Positions 19,745 through 29,286 of a DNA stretch of 64,000 nucleotides are shown here, in pieces. A program made the position numbers and the translations under genes. This DNA is from Candidatus Micrarchaeia archaeon. GTDB taxonomy: Archaea > Micrarchaeota > Micrarchaeia > Burarchaeales > Fermentimicrarchaeaceae. The stretch spans positions 288,001 through 352,000 of the forward strand of contig JAVZHX010000001.1 in assembly GCA_038871515.1 (NCBI GenBank), read 5' to 3'. The first letter of the stretch is position 1, and each line of letters opens with the position of its first letter. Under the pieces are notes generated by a model. That model was not told the origin of the DNA. It worked only from the letters and a program-made list of their open reading frames with translations, and did no database searches.

Positions 19745-20524
19745 ATGAGTTTGAAAGGAGAGCCAGAGCTGGATGAGTTCGTGATTGCTACTGTTAAGAA
19801 GATTTTTCCGTACGGTGCTTTCTGCACCCTTGATGAGTATGATGGAAGGGAAGCATTCCTTCATGTTTCTGAGGTTGCTCCGCGTTGGATAAAGAACATA
19901 CACGAGTTTCTGAAGGAGGATCAGAAAATTGTTGCAAGAATTTTGAGAATTGTCCCTGAAAAGAATCAGATTGACCTTTCCCTGAAAAGAGTCAGCGAGG
20001 CGGATAGGAGGAGGAAGATTGAGGATTATAGGAGGGAGAAGAGAGCAGTGAAGCTGTTTGAGATTGTGGAGTCAAGAATTGGCAAACCGCATGAGGAAGT
20101 TTGGAAGGGGATGGGGGAGGAGCTTGTTGAAAAATTTGGAAACCTTTACTCCGCGTTTGAAGAAATTGTGCGCGATAAAAGATGTGTTGATTCATTGAAA
20201 GCACCGGAGGAATGGAAGAGGGTGCTTGTTGAAGTTGTTTGCGATAGTATAAAAATACCACAAGTTAAAGTGAGTGGAACTCTTAATCTTACGTGCAGGG
20301 AGCCTGATGGAGTTGAAGTTATTAAGAAAGCATTATCGGAAGCAAAAGAAAGTGGAGGAAAGAATGCTGAGATAATCTACCTTGGCGCTCCGAGGTATAA
20401 GCTAAGCGTTACTGCGCTGGATTACAAGAAAGCTGAGAAAGTTATTGATGAGATGGTTGAGAAAGTTAAGGAGTGCATGAAAGGAAAAGAAGGAGCTGTT
20501 AAGTTCGAGAGGGATGAAGTGTAA
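19745..20524 (+). CDS. eif2a: Translation initiation factor aIF2 alpha
   Basis: S1 domain LHVSEVAPRWIKNI, IDLSLKRV, YLGAPRY. Confidence 0.95.
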   Translation: MSLKGEPELDEFVIATVKKIFPYGAFCTLDEYDGREAFLHVSEVAPRWIKNIHEFLKEDQKIVARILRIVPEKNQIDLSLKRVSEADRRRKIEDYRREKRAVKLFEIVESRIGKPHEEVWKGMGEELVEKFGNLYSAFEEIVRDKRCVDSLKAPEEWKRVLVEVVCDSIKIPQVKVSGTLNLTCREPDGVEVIKKALSEAKESGGKNAEIIYLGAPRYKLSVTALDYKKAEKVIDEMVEKVKECMKGKEGAVKFERDEV

Positions 20525-20686
20525 ATGGAAAAGCTGAAAAAATGTGAGAGGTGTGGCTTGTACACAATGAAGGAGCAATGCCCGAAGTGTGGTGAGAGAA
20601 CTAGAAGCGCACATCCACCAAAGTTTTCCCCAGAGGATAAATACGGGAAATACAGGAGGATGGCGAGGTTTGGTGGTGTTGTATGA
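20525..20686 (+). CDS. nop10: H/ACA RNP protein Nop10
   Basis: Manual translation MEKLKKCERCGLYTMKEQCPKCGERTRSAHPPKFSPEDKYGKYRR. Confidence 0.93.
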   Translation: MEKLKKCERCGLYTMKEQCPKCGERTRSAHPPKFSPEDKYGKYRRMARFGGVV

Positions 20687-21456
20687 AAGGGACTTTTATA
20701 ATTTCAAAAAAAGGAGTTAAGCTGAAAAACCCAATTCTGATAGAGGGGCTGCCAGGCATTGGCTTGGTTGGAAAGCTTGCAACTGAGCATTTGATAAAGG
20801 AGCTGAAAGCAGAGAAGGTTGCTGAGCTGTATTCGGAGCACTTCCCGCATCAGGTGCTTATGCTGAAGAAAGGGACGTTGAGGATGCTGAAGAATAAATT
20901 CTATGCTTGGAAAAACCCAAAGAGGAATGAGAATGACCTTCTTCTGCTTGTCGGAGACGTGCAGGCGGTAACACCTGAAGCCCAGTTCAGAGTTTGCAAT
21001 GCAATACTGGATTATTTTGAGAAGATGAAGGGAAAAACAATATACACTTTAGGCGGTTATGGAGTTGGAAAGATTGTTGAAACGCCAAGAGTTTTTGGCT
21101 CAGCAACTCATCCAGAAGTTGTTGAGGAGCTTAAAAAATATGGGGTTGTTTTTGGGGAAGCAAACGGCTCAATTATTGGAGCTGCTGGGCTTCTGCTTGG
21201 TTTGGGGAAAATAAGAAGAATGAGGGGAGCATGCCTTATGGGGGAAACCCACGGCGGTTATGTTGATGCAAAATCAGCAAAAAGCGTTTTGAGCGTGCTC
21301 ACAAAAATAATTGGTGTGCAGGTTGATTTGAACAAGCTTGAGGAGAGGGCTAAGGAAACTGAAAAGTTTATGAAGAGGATGGAGGCAGAAATTGAAAAGC
21401 AGAAAAGCGGCAGGGAGGGAGTGCTGAAAGGGGATGAGCTGAGTTACATAAGATGA
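20683..21456 (+). CDS. Proteasome assembly chaperone (PAC2 family)
   Basis: LIEGLPGIGLVGKLA, IIGAAGLLLG, CLMGET. Confidence 0.9.
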   Translation: MKGTFIISKKGVKLKNPILIEGLPGIGLVGKLATEHLIKELKAEKVAELYSEHFPHQVLMLKKGTLRMLKNKFYAWKNPKRNENDLLLLVGDVQAVTPEAQFRVCNAILDYFEKMKGKTIYTLGGYGVGKIVETPRVFGSATHPEVVEELKKYGVVFGEANGSIIGAAGLLLGLGKIRRMRGACLMGETHGGYVDAKSAKSVLSVLTKIIGVQVDLNKLEERAKETEKFMKRMEAEIEKQKSGREGVLKGDELSYIR

Positions 21457-21457
21457 A

Positions 21458-21590
21458 GCGGCCGTCATCTAGAGGCACCCAGCGTGCGCTGGTGCTGGAT
21501 AACCTGGTGGGCTTGAGGAATGCTCAAGCTCGGGCAGTAGGATCTGAGCTTCCCAAGCTCAATGCCCGGGTTCAAATCCCGGCGGCCGCA
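21458..21590 (+). tRNA. tRNA-Gly(CCC) with two D-loop introns (21473-21502 and 21508-21537)
   Basis: Acceptor GCGGCCG/CGGCCGC, anticodon arm TGAGC-TTCCCAA-GCTCA, T-arm CCGGG-TTCAAAT-CCCGG; removing both inserts gives the same D-loop as the other two Gly tRNAs. Confidence 0.88.
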
Positions 21591-21593
21591 TAT

Positions 21594-21666
21594 GCGACCG
21601 TAGTCTAGCCTGGTAGGACTTTGGCCTTCCAAGCCAACGACCCGGGTTCAAATCCCGGCGGTCGCA
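21594..21666 (+). tRNA. tRNA-Gly(TCC)
   Basis: Complete cloverleaf; TTGGC-CTTCCAA-GCCAA. Confidence 0.95.
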
Positions 21667-21667
21667 C

Positions 21668-22849
21668 TCATTTTAATAAAAAGTAACCAACAGAAAAACA
21701 ATCGCCAAGCCCAACTGTTATTTTCGGTTGAGGGATGAGCAGGGCGGGCGCAAAGGATGCATCGTTTTTGAATTTTGTTTTTTTGAATTCCTGATATTTT
21801 TTAACTCCCTTCCTATTCACCTTTGCTTCTTTTAAAAACCTCTCAAGCTCTGCAAATGAAGCATTCCTCCCTGTTGCCGCTTTGTATGCCGCAAGAAGAG
21901 AGCCGAAAAGCAAACCTTCCTGGCTGGGTTTGCCAACGTCAAATGAAAATGAAGGGGAATGGAATACAATGCTGTTGAATCTTTCGCACAATTCATCGCA
22001 CGCTTCCAATAAGTTTCTATTTATCCGAAGCGCTTGCTTCAGCTGTTTCAACTCATACTCATCAAACCCAACGCTGCTGGAAAGAGGGAGGATGTTTGAT
22101 GCAACCTCGCGGAGTATTTTCGAACTTTGGAAGTTTCCAAGCTCAACATGAATTTTTATTTTTCTGTTAATCCTCCTCCACTCCTCAAGCTGATTTGCCA
22201 CTTCCTCTATTCTATGTTTAAATCTATCCTTCAAAGTCAAATTGTGAAAACCAGATATGAAAACGTGGTTGAGTTTTTTGATTATCTCTTTGCTGCACCT
22301 TGCAAATTCCTCATCAATTTTCATAACTGAGTTGCGAGGGTTCCATGAAAGGATGAGGCGGTTGGAAGATGGTGCAACAAATCTGCCAAGCCTATAACCT
22401 TTTTTGAATTCAAGCACAAGGTGAATTGGCACCTCACAGCTCACGGAAACTCTGTCAGCTGTTTTGAAACAATTCCTTGCAACAAAAATATTTTCTGGTT
22501 TTTCAAATAATTTCATCTGCTTTCTGTCTTTTAATAAAACATGCACATAGGAGCGCACGCCGAGCATTGAGGCAGCATTCGCCATATTGCCCGCCTGCCC
22601 ACCCATCCTCTCCTCATCAAAACCAAGCTTCTTAATAAGAGTTTTAATGGTTTTTTTGCTTGTTTGAATTTCCCTCTGCTTCCCTTCTTTAACACACGTG
22701 AGGAGAACACGTGATATTTGCTTTGGTGGTGTTTCATTTGTCAGGTGCTTTACAACATCCACATTAACATTATACGCAAACATTGCGTTTTTTGCAATTC
22801 CCTTTCTTGCATGCTCAAGCGCACGCGCGTATAAGTCAACCCATTCCAT
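21668..22849 (-). CDS. ADP-dependent glucokinase/phosphofructokinase
   Basis: AYNVNVD, RMGGQAGNMAN, IHVELG, PKITVGLGD. Confidence 0.88.
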   Translation of the reverse strand: MEWVDLYARALEHARKGIAKNAMFAYNVNVDVVKHLTNETPPKQISRVLLTCVKEGKQREIQTSKKTIKTLIKKLGFDEERMGGQAGNMANAASMLGVRSYVHVLLKDRKQMKLFEKPENIFVARNCFKTADRVSVSCEVPIHLVLEFKKGYRLGRFVAPSSNRLILSWNPRNSVMKIDEEFARCSKEIIKKLNHVFISGFHNLTLKDRFKHRIEEVANQLEEWRRINRKIKIHVELGNFQSSKILREVASNILPLSSSVGFDEYELKQLKQALRINRNLLEACDELCERFNSIVFHSPSFSFDVGKPSQEGLLFGSLLAAYKAATGRNASFAELERFLKEAKVNRKGVKKYQEFKKTKFKNDASFAPALLIPQPKITVGLGDCFSVGYFLLK

Positions 22850-22870
22850 AATCAGTATGAGAAAGAGGAG

Positions 22871-23752
22871 TTATTTAAATTGATTGAATATGTGGCTTAG
22901 GAATTTGTAAATTAACTTTGCTGCAAGAAAATCGGAATGCGTTTCTCCAGGTATGGGGCAGAGCTCAACAACATCAAACCCAACAACGTTTCTTTTTGAG
23001 GCAACCTGCTTGAGAAGTGATAGCACTTCATACCAGTGAAGCCCACCTGGCTCCGGAGTTCCAACAGCCGGCACCTCGGACGGATCAAACACATCTAAAT
23101 CAATTGTTACATAGACATTCTTTTTCAGCTGAGGAATTATTTTTTCTTGTTTGAAATCCCTTGCATAGAAGATTTGAAGTTTTTTTCTCCTTGCAAACTC
23201 GGCTTCCCCCTTGCTTATGCTTCGTATTCCAACCTGAACAGTATGAGTTATTTCGGAAATTCTTCTCATAACTGAGGTGTGCCCGAATTTTGTTCCCTCA
23301 AACTCATCCCTCAAATCAGCATGAGCATCAAGCTGCAATACAGTTAATTCGCGGTGAATTTTTGAGAATGCTTTCACAACTCCAACTGAAATAGAGTGCT
23401 CCCCACCAAGAACGACTGGAAATTTTTTGTTTTCCAATATCTCCTGAACTGCTCTTTCAACTCTGTTCATTGTTTCTTGAGGTGAATTTCTTGACGGCTC
23501 AAGCTCATCAAGAGTATGTATTCCAATTGTTGCTGGTTCCCATCCCATCTCCTCATCATACAGCTCCATCTGCCTGGAAGCAGTGATGATTGCATGCGGT
23601 CCATTTCTCGTTCCAGCGGTGTAGCAAACTGTTGAGTCGTATGGAACAGGAAGCACAACAACTTTTGCTTTATTAAAATCAGCATGCTCAGGCTCCAAAC
23701 CAGCGAAGTTATATGGAGGTAGCGAGTGAAGCAATCTCATAGAATCACTCAA
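22871..23752 (-). CDS. speB: Agmatinase
   Basis: GGEHS, LDAHADLRD, DLDVFDP, GTPEPGG. Confidence 0.92.
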   Translation of the reverse strand: MSDSMRLLHSLPPYNFAGLEPEHADFNKAKVVVLPVPYDSTVCYTAGTRNGPHAIITASRQMELYDEEMGWEPATIGIHTLDELEPSRNSPQETMNRVERAVQEILENKKFPVVLGGEHSISVGVVKAFSKIHRELTVLQLDAHADLRDEFEGTKFGHTSVMRRISEITHTVQVGIRSISKGEAEFARRKKLQIFYARDFKQEKIIPQLKKNVYVTIDLDVFDPSEVPAVGTPEPGGLHWYEVLSLLKQVASKRNVVGFDVVELCPIPGETHSDFLAAKLIYKFLSHIFNQFK

Positions 23753-24818
23753 ACTTCAATTTAAATTCACCAGGCTCCCACCTGAAAACCGGCTTCTTCC
23801 TTCTCTCAGCAATCCTCTCTGCTCTCTGCATAAGCGCATGCGCAACGATGGGAAGGGCAATTGTTGCATCGCAGTAGCACGTCACCATTTTAGCATTCGC
23901 ATCGTATTTTCCCCAGCTCTGAGACTCCTCAAGAGTGCAACCGCTCAAACCACCCCACTGCGGCGAATCCATCGTTATCTGCAATCCATAGTTATGGCTT
24001 CTGTTGTGCTTCGTCTGGTATGTTGCAATAACAGCAGCTTGCTGTATGTAGTTTTTGGGAACTCCTCCACCAATGTAGATGCCTGCTGTCACTTTTGCTT
24101 TTTCACATATTTTTGAAATTTCATCAACATCCTTTAGACAATCAATAATCACCCTCTTCTGAACTCTCCCTTTCTTAATTTGAGTGGCAGTGGGCTTTCT
24201 GTTGGCGAACATTATTGAAAAACCAAGCGAACTGTCATTAATCGCAGGGCAGAAGATTGGGACGTCTGCTCTATATGCGCTTACGAGTATTGAATTTCTG
24301 GCAGTTTTCCTCTCGCTCAACTTCTTTCCAAGTAAATAAATTATCTCCCTTGATGAGTATGGGTAACCATCCCTCAACTCCTGCGCAAACTCATTCATTA
24401 TCCACAAATCAGTTTTATAAAATCCTTTTTCATTTGCGAATATATCATATATTCTGTCAACGTAATGTTTTCTGAGAACCAAATCGTTCACATTCGGTGT
24501 CCCCAGGTAGTGCTTCCTCCCAAGCGCCTCATGGCAGTCATGATAGAGGTTTGCACCGCTTGACACAAGCACGTCAATCATTCTCTTTCTTATCAAGTAT
24601 GAAATTACTCTGCGCATGCCCGCTGGAACCATTGCGCCAGCCAACCCCATAAAGATAACAATTTCATTCTCCTCCAGCATGCTAACCCAGGCATCTGTTA
24701 ACTCACCAAGCTTTCTTCCCTGAAACCCAATATGCTTCATCTCCTCAACTAGCTCAGCTAAATCTTTGCTTGCAACCTTAACCGGTTTTGTTGGGTGCTT
24801 GAGAAATATATTTTTCAT
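23745..24818 (-). CDS. dys: Deoxyhypusine synthase
   Basis: GFQGR, GAMVPAGMR, GGGVPKN, GGLSGCTLEESQSWGK, DATIALP. Confidence 0.9.
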   Translation of the reverse strand: MKNIFLKHPTKPVKVASKDLAELVEEMKHIGFQGRKLGELTDAWVSMLEENEIVIFMGLAGAMVPAGMRRVISYLIRKRMIDVLVSSGANLYHDCHEALGRKHYLGTPNVNDLVLRKHYVDRIYDIFANEKGFYKTDLWIMNEFAQELRDGYPYSSREIIYLLGKKLSERKTARNSILVSAYRADVPIFCPAINDSSLGFSIMFANRKPTATQIKKGRVQKRVIIDCLKDVDEISKICEKAKVTAGIYIGGGVPKNYIQQAAVIATYQTKHNRSHNYGLQITMDSPQWGGLSGCTLEESQSWGKYDANAKMVTCYCDATIALPIVAHALMQRAERIAERRKKPVFRWEPGEFKLKFE

Positions 24819-24887
24819 TCAATCTCCTTTAAATTGCAACACGTATAAAAAACAAATTCCCTCCAGTTACGTTATACGACAAACCAC

Positions 24888-25319
24888 TTATAAATTTTCT
24901 GTTTGTTTGAGAATTTTTTCATAAACTTCTCTGTATGGTTTCTTAAGCTTCGTTGATATTTTTTTCACATCCTCATACTCAGGTTTCACTCTTGGAAACC
25001 TTGGTGTTTCTGATACTTTTACCTTCACCTCTCCAAACTCTGTTTTTACTTTATAAATTTTCCTTTCAGCAACATACTTCACAAAATCAACCTTTCTCAC
25101 GCCAAGCGTCCCAGTCTCCGCCATAATAACCTCGGCAAGTTTTTTTGCTTTCCTCCTCTCGCATATCACCTGAAGCATAAAACCAGGTCTTCCTTTCTTT
25201 GCAATTATTGGGATGAAACAAACATCCTTCGCCCCTTCCTCAAAAAGCCTTTCCGCAACATAACCAAGTAGCTCGCCAGAAACATCATCAAGGTTTGTTT
25301 CAAGGATGCATTCAATCAA
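24888..25319 (-). CDS. larC: Nickel insertion protein LarC, C-terminal half (LarC2)
   Basis: LETNLDDVSGE, KKGRPG, ETGTLGVR, KPEYED; TTG start preceded by GAGGTGA. Confidence 0.88.
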   Translation of the reverse strand: MIECILETNLDDVSGELLGYVAERLFEEGAKDVCFIPIIAKKGRPGFMLQVICERRKAKKLAEVIMAETGTLGVRKVDFVKYVAERKIYKVKTEFGEVKVKVSETPRFPRVKPEYEDVKKISTKLKKPYREVYEKILKQTENL

Positions 25320-25323
25320 TGAA

Positions 25324-26001
25324 TCACCTCACAAGCCTAATGCGTAACACATTGGGAATCGGCAAGTCTGCGCTTCCGGCACCACACCCCTCCCGATAGC
25401 TGCCCATCCCCTCTAATTTTTCAACTCTTTTTGCTATGTTCACAAGTATGCTGGCTCCTGTTGGGGTGCATAGCTCATGCGGTAGATCTTTAGTGTAAAA
25501 ATCAAAGTTCCTGCTTTTCAGTATCATCAGAGAAGCAGGTGCTGGTTTCTTTCCCACCGCAACTGGGGTGGAGAGAACAGTTGATTCAAATGCTCCAAGT
25601 GCTGAGAAACCAACAGTTGCCCCAATTATATCAACAACTGTATCAATACAACCTATTTCATGGAGATGAACCTCATCATGTTTGTGAATTGCTCTTTCTG
25701 CCTCAATTATTGTTTCAAACGTATCCCAAGCGAATTTCATCTGCTCATCATCAAGCTCAAGTATATCGCCAGCAGAGCGTATCAGCTCAACCATTTTCAT
25801 AGGCGAGCAACGCTCATCCGAGTTTATTCTAAGCAGCTTCGCTCTGACTCCATTTTTGAATGTTTCGTCAAATGAAATATTAACTCCAAGAGATATTCTA
25901 ACGCTTTCTCTGATTTCGCTCTCAGCACCTAAATCCGCCAGAGCGCTCAGCACCATATCTCCTGAGCAACCCATTTCTGGAATGAAAAAGAACTGCGCCA
26001 T
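25324..26001 (-). CDS. larC: Nickel insertion protein LarC, N-terminal half (LarC1)
   Basis: Start MAQFFF at 26001; GCSGDM, VHLHEIG..DTVVDI, ELCTPTGA, PNVLR. Confidence 0.88.
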   Translation of the reverse strand: MAQFFFIPEMGCSGDMVLSALADLGAESEIRESVRISLGVNISFDETFKNGVRAKLLRINSDERCSPMKMVELIRSAGDILELDDEQMKFAWDTFETIIEAERAIHKHDEVHLHEIGCIDTVVDIIGATVGFSALGAFESTVLSTPVAVGKKPAPASLMILKSRNFDFYTKDLPHELCTPTGASILVNIAKRVEKLEGMGSYREGCGAGSADLPIPNVLRIRLVR

Positions 26002-26032
26002 GTTTTTATAAAATGCATCTAAAATATTAAAT

Positions 26033-26812
26033 ATGTTCCATAAAGCAAGCAGCAAGCTAAGAAAACTGGTTTCTGCAGTAAAGGAGAAAGCACCGCTTGT
26101 AGTTGCTCTTTCAGGTGGAGTGGACAGCAGCGTTGTTGCAAAAGCAGCCTTTCTTGCATCAAACAAATCAATTGCAGTCACAGTAATCAACCCAACGGTA
26201 TCCAAAAGGGAGATTGCGGATGCACGTAAAATTGCGAGAGCGATAGGGATGAAGCACAGGCTGATTAGAAGAAAACTGAGCGAAGAGGTGGGGAGAAATG
26301 ATGCGCTAAGATGCTATTACTGCAAAAAGGAAATTATAAAAATACTGAAAAGAGTTGCAAAGGAGGAAGGTATAGAAACAGTAGCAGATGGTTCAAATAA
26401 AGATGATTTGAGGGATTTCAGAGTGGGTTTGAAAGCATGCAAGGAAGAGGGAGTTTATTCACCGCTTCTTGCGCTTGGATTTGGGAAGAAGGATGTCAGG
26501 AAACTCGCAAGGGAGATGGGGTTGCCAAACTATGAAAAACCATCTGAGGCATGCCTCTCATCAAGAGTGATGAATCAAAGAATTAATGAAAAAGTTCTGC
26601 GGAAAATAGGGAAGGCGGAGCATTTTGTGCGGAAGCTAACCGGTGCGAGTATTGTGCGCGTGAGAGATTACGGAGATACTGCGAGAATAGAAGTTGATAA
26701 AGAGCATATTGACAGATTAATAAAAGCGAGCGGGAGGGTAAACAAAAAGTTGAATAAGTTAGGCTACAAATACGTAACTGTTGATTTGGGAGGTTATAGA
26801 GTTGGCGGTTGA
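26033..26812 (+). CDS. larE: ATP-dependent sulfur transferase LarE
   Basis: PP-loop SGGVDS, RCYYCK, SPL, KPSEACLSSR, VRVR, VDLGGYR. Confidence 0.92.
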   Translation: MFHKASSKLRKLVSAVKEKAPLVVALSGGVDSSVVAKAAFLASNKSIAVTVINPTVSKREIADARKIARAIGMKHRLIRRKLSEEVGRNDALRCYYCKKEIIKILKRVAKEEGIETVADGSNKDDLRDFRVGLKACKEEGVYSPLLALGFGKKDVRKLAREMGLPNYEKPSEACLSSRVMNQRINEKVLRKIGKAEHFVRKLTGASIVRVRDYGDTARIEVDKEHIDRLIKASGRVNKKLNKLGYKYVTVDLGGYRVGG

Positions 26813-27545
26813 ATCAATACTAAAAAAGGTTAGGGAGGGGAAGATGAGCGTTAAAGAAGCTGGAAGAGTTATAAGGGCAGATAGCATCAGGAAGGTTGGG
26901 GGATTTGCCAGAATAGACATAGGGAGAGATGTGAGAGCAGGCATCCCAGAGGTGATACTTGCAGAAGGGAAAACGCCGGAGCAGGTTGTGAGGATAGTTG
27001 AAAGGTTAAAGGATAGAAATGTGCTCATCAGCAGAGTCAACGAAGAGCATTTGAAAATACTGAGGAAGAAGTTTAAAGGGTTGAGGTATAATAAATTTGC
27101 AAAAGCAGTTGCGATTGTGAAAAATAAAACAGAAAAAACTGGGAGAGTTGCTGTTATGACGGCTGGCACATCAGATATACCTGTGGCTGAGGAAGCTGCT
27201 TTTGTTGCTGAGATGATGGGGTGTGAGGTGGAGAGGGTTTATGATGTGGGTGTCGCAGGAGTGCATAGAGTTTTCGCACCTCTCAAAAAAATTGTGAAAA
27301 GCGGAGTTGATGTCATAGTGGTTGTTGCTGGGAGGGAGGGAACCTTGCCTTCAATTGTTGCTGGTTTAGTTGACATTCCAGTAATCGGTGTTCCAACTTC
27401 CTCAGGTTATGGTTATGGTGGGAAAGGGGAAGCTGCTCTGAAATCAATGCTGCAGAGCTGCAGTTTTCTCACAGTTGTCAACATAGATAATGGAGTGGGG
27501 GCTGGAGCATGCGCATCCCTTATAGCGAGGAGAGCAAATGATTAA
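26802..27545 (+). CDS. larB: NPN biosynthesis carboxylase/hydrolase LarB
   Basis: GIPEVILAEGKT, AGTSDIPVAEE, DVGVAGVHR, VVNIDNGVGAG; TTG start after GGAGG. Confidence 0.92.
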   Translation: MAVESILKKVREGKMSVKEAGRVIRADSIRKVGGFARIDIGRDVRAGIPEVILAEGKTPEQVVRIVERLKDRNVLISRVNEEHLKILRKKFKGLRYNKFAKAVAIVKNKTEKTGRVAVMTAGTSDIPVAEEAAFVAEMMGCEVERVYDVGVAGVHRVFAPLKKIVKSGVDVIVVVAGREGTLPSIVAGLVDIPVIGVPTSSGYGYGGKGEAALKSMLQSCSFLTVVNIDNGVGAGACASLIARRAND

Positions 27546-28392
27546 GGAGTATTGGAAGCTCACAAGATTTGAGCACTCAATTATGCTTGCTGTTGCTGTT
27601 TTGATAGGCGAGGTTATAACGCGCCCTCTCCACAGCAAGGAGATTATTTTGACGCTTCTTCCCCCAATGCTTGTTGGAGCAGCAAGCTTTGCCGTGAATG
27701 ATTACTTTGATTTGAAAAGTGATAGAATAAACAGAAGAGCTGACAGACCGCTTGTTGCCGGGAAAATAAAACCAGTAAATGCACTCCTCCTCTCAATTAT
27801 TCTATTTATTCTGGGGACAGCGCTTTCAGCTTTCATCAACTTCAACTGCTTCCTCCTTGTCGCATCCTTTTCAATTCTCTCATTTCTTTACAGCTTCAAG
27901 CTGAAGGATGTTGCCCTCTTGGGCAATACATACATTGCTTTGACAATGGCAGTTCCATTCATCTACGGGGGGCTTGCGGTTGCAAACGAAATACCGCACT
28001 CAATTCTCCTGCTTAGCTCCATTGCTTTTGTAAGTGGGCTGGGGAGAGAAATTATGGGGACGGCTAGAGATGTGCGCGGTGATAGGAGGGGGAGAGGCTC
28101 AAAAACTCTTCCGGTGCTCATTGGAGTGAGAAATTCCCTTCTGCTGTCATCGTTATTCTATTTATTCGGCGTTCTGTTAAGCGTGATTCCTTACCTCTAT
28201 GTGGAGCCGTATAAAGAGAATGTTTTTTACATACTGCCAGTCTTTTTAGCTGATTTAATTTTATTGTATATTGTTTTTGGTTCTTTGAGAGAACCCTCAA
28301 GGGAGTTTATGCTGCTGAGCAGAAAGTTAAGTTTAGCTGCGATGGGAATTGCGCTTGCTGGGTTTCTGGCAGGCGCATTAATTGGTGGTTAG
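27538..28392 (+). CDS. UbiA prenyltransferase, probable digeranylgeranylglyceryl phosphate synthase
   Basis: NDYFD..SDRINR.DRPL, REI..TARDVRGD; multi-TM. Confidence 0.85.
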   Translation: MIKEYWKLTRFEHSIMLAVAVLIGEVITRPLHSKEIILTLLPPMLVGAASFAVNDYFDLKSDRINRRADRPLVAGKIKPVNALLLSIILFILGTALSAFINFNCFLLVASFSILSFLYSFKLKDVALLGNTYIALTMAVPFIYGGLAVANEIPHSILLLSSIAFVSGLGREIMGTARDVRGDRRGRGSKTLPVLIGVRNSLLLSSLFYLFGVLLSVIPYLYVEPYKENVFYILPVFLADLILLYIVFGSLREPSREFMLLSRKLSLAAMGIALAGFLAGALIGG

Positions 28393-29286
28393 ATGGATGT
28401 TATTTTGAGAACAAATTTGGAGGGAGTAAAGCTTTACAAAAGAGGGAAGGTGAGGGATACGTATGAAGTTGGGGGGAACCTTCTCATGATTGCAACGGAC
28501 AGAATATCCGCTTTTGATGTTGTTCTCCCCAACGGAATTCCGTATAAGGGAGTGGTTCTCACTCAGCTTTCCCTTTTTTGGTTTGATTACACAAAAGAGA
28601 TTGTGCCGAACCATGTGATTACTGCTGACGTCTCAAAGTTTCCAAAAGAAGTTTCAAAATTCTCAGGTTTGTTAAAAGGAAGAAGCATGCTGATTAAAAA
28701 AGCGGAGCCGATACCTGCTGAGTTTGTTGTCAGAGGTTACCTTGCTGGCTCTGCGTGGAAGGAGTATAAGGAAAAGGGTGAGGTGTGCGGGGTTAAACTT
28801 CCGAAAGGTTTGAGGGAGTCGGATGAGCTACCGGAGCCGATTTTCACACCAGCAACAAAAGCAGATGTTGGGCATGACATCAATATAAGTGAGGAGGAGC
28901 TTGTGGGAATTATTGGAAGAGAGTTGGTTGATGAGTTGAAGGAGAAAAGCATAAGGGTGTATGAAAAGGCAAGCACCATTGCAAGAAAAAGAGGTATAAT
29001 AATCGCAGATACGAAGTTTGAGTTTGGAAGAATAGATGATGAAATTATGCTGATAGATGAGCTGCTCACACCCGATTCCTCCCGCTTCTGGCCAGCAGAT
29101 TCATATGAACCAGGAAAGCCACAGCAAAGCTTTGATAAGCAGTACGTGAGGGATTACTTGGAGTCAATAAAGTGGAATAAAAAACCCCCTGCCCCAATAC
29201 TCCCAAAAGAGGTTGTGGAGGGAACGAGCAGAAGGTATGTTGAAGCATATGAAATTATAACTGGCAAAAAATTTGAGGTGATGTGA
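28393..29286 (+). CDS. purC: SAICAR synthetase
   Basis: [33 protein letters not shown]. Confidence 0.96.
   Translation: MDVILRTNLEGVKLYKRGKVRDTYEVGGNLLMIATDRISAFDVVLPNGIPYKGVVLTQLSLFWFDYTKEIVPNHVITADVSKFPKEVSKFSGLLKGRSMLIKKAEPIPAEFVVRGYLAGSAWKEYKEKGEVCGVKLPKGLRESDELPEPIFTPATKADVGHDINISEEELVGIIGRELVDELKEKSIRVYEKASTIARKRGIIIADTKFEFGRIDDEIMLIDELLTPDSSRFWPADSYEPGKPQQSFDKQYVRDYLESIKWNKKPPAPILPKEVVEGTSRRYVEAYEIITGKKFEVM

Noticed and set aside
25319..25326. Possible selenocysteine or readthrough at the larC1 TGA
   Set aside because: larC2 is in a different frame and another in-frame TGA follows within four codons
26002..26205. N-terminal extension of larC1 in the ORF track
   Set aside because: Overlaps larE on the opposite strand; LarC similarity starts at 26001
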